Assembly: GCA_050298595.1 (NCBI GenBank)
Contig: JBNKUM010000015.1
Location: forward strand, 1 to 39,520
Direction of reading: 5' to 3'
Source of the DNA: Gammaproteobacteria bacterium
GTDB taxonomy: Bacteria; Pseudomonadota; Gammaproteobacteria; GCA-001735895
Length of the DNA stretch: 39,520 nucleotides
Shown: positions 38,110-39,520 of the stretch, in pieces
How positions within the stretch are numbered: the stretch's first letter is position 1
Layout: the number at the start of each line of letters is the position of its first letter
Program-made: the position numbers and the translations under genes
Notes under the pieces: model-generated
What the model was told of the DNA's origin: nothing
Seen by the model: only the letters and a program-made list of their open reading frames with translations
Databases searched by the model: none

Positions 38110-38877
38110 ATGATAAAGGAAGCCCCATCAACTACTGCAAACACTCCATTTAAACCTCTTGTTAATTCTATAAAAGATTCAACATATCAGCCTGATTTAG
38201 AACTACCTTGCGGCATAGAAACTGCCTTCAGAATTCCTGGCTCTGGTAGATTACGGTTAAATACCAGTAACTGGAACCGCGAGGCGACTAATTTTTTTAC
38301 TGCGCGCTCAGCACGTGACCCTGAAAACCTGTTTAACCATGCCCAACGCATAATTCATCATATTCAGCAAAAAAACACAGAGGGCGCGTATGGTGCTTTA
38401 CTTGATTTATTCATAGTACTCAAACATCATGGTCGACCTCTCAGAGAGCGTATGTTGCAATACGCCAGTCCATTATTGCAGGAAGAACAGTACCAACGAC
38501 TACATCGCCTACTGGATAATGAAAAATGGAATAAGCTGTCTCTTCCTAGCAGCAACTTTTCAATTCTTTCCAGCGGAGTTGATGGATCTCGCCCTCTGGT
38601 CGAAAAAAATTTCCAGCCTTCTGATACAAGATACAATCGATTAAATGAATCCAGAAGCTACATGGAAAATGGTCAGCTTATTGCTGCGAAGACTGTATTA
38701 GAAACTGCAGTTCTTAATGGTTCTTTAGAAACAGATATTCATAAGGACTTAATAGATCTGTATCGCAGAACTTATGACAAAATAGGTTTTCTTAAAATAT
38801 ACCCCCAGCTTCAAATCCAACAAAAATCGTTAACAATACTTTGGAAAGAGTTAAATGATTTCTTTACTCTGGATTAA
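38110..38877 (+). CDS. Hypothetical helical (possibly TPR-like) protein
   Basis: Open frame of about 256 aa with helical pattern, 2 nt before the next ORF. Start uncertain (38089 or 38110). Confidence 0.6.
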   Translation: MIKEAPSTTANTPFKPLVNSIKDSTYQPDLELPCGIETAFRIPGSGRLRLNTSNWNREATNFFTARSARDPENLFNHAQRIIHHIQQKNTEGAYGALLDLFIVLKHHGRPLRERMLQYASPLLQEEQYQRLHRLLDNEKWNKLSLPSSNFSILSSGVDGSRPLVEKNFQPSDTRYNRLNESRSYMENGQLIAAKTVLETAVLNGSLETDIHKDLIDLYRRTYDKIGFLKIYPQLQIQQKSLTILWKELNDFFTLD

Positions 38878-38879
38878 TC

Positions 38880-39520
<641 letters not shown>

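Overview
Chromosomal-looking window, probably from a Gammaproteobacterium (inferred from gshA, the GlyGly-CTERM tail and the repeat types). From left to right: a multi-PAS diguanylate cyclase; a complete four-gene Wadjet (jetABCD) anti-plasmid operon; a stand-alone FTP/PepSY lipoprotein next to a large M4 metalloprotease; a minus-strand trio of GH6 cellulase lipoprotein, a 1235-aa lipoprotein (two cytochrome c domains, a Cip1-like domain and DUF1587/1595/1592/1588/1585 domains) and a Tat-exported DUF1552 protein; a membrane protein; a probable copper/metal cluster led by an RPP-ending ORF; one or two integron-like cassettes with an attC; an IS481 fragment; a dead RAYT/Y1 element with unusual end repeats; a GH5 lacking several conserved residues; a second RAYT relic; an unannotated decayed paralogue of the cytochrome-c/Cip1 gene; gshA; an AraC regulator with ligAB-like dioxygenase genes; an acyl-CoA dehydrogenase; and a truncated receiver-like ORF ending in a Glu-Pro hexamer repeat. 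The best candidate for an undescribed system is a membrane-tethered cellulase plus heme-redox module (GH6/Cip1-cytochrome c-DUF1592/DUF1552), which seems to have had a second copy behind the GH5. All family calls come from motif recognition by eye; no database search was run.
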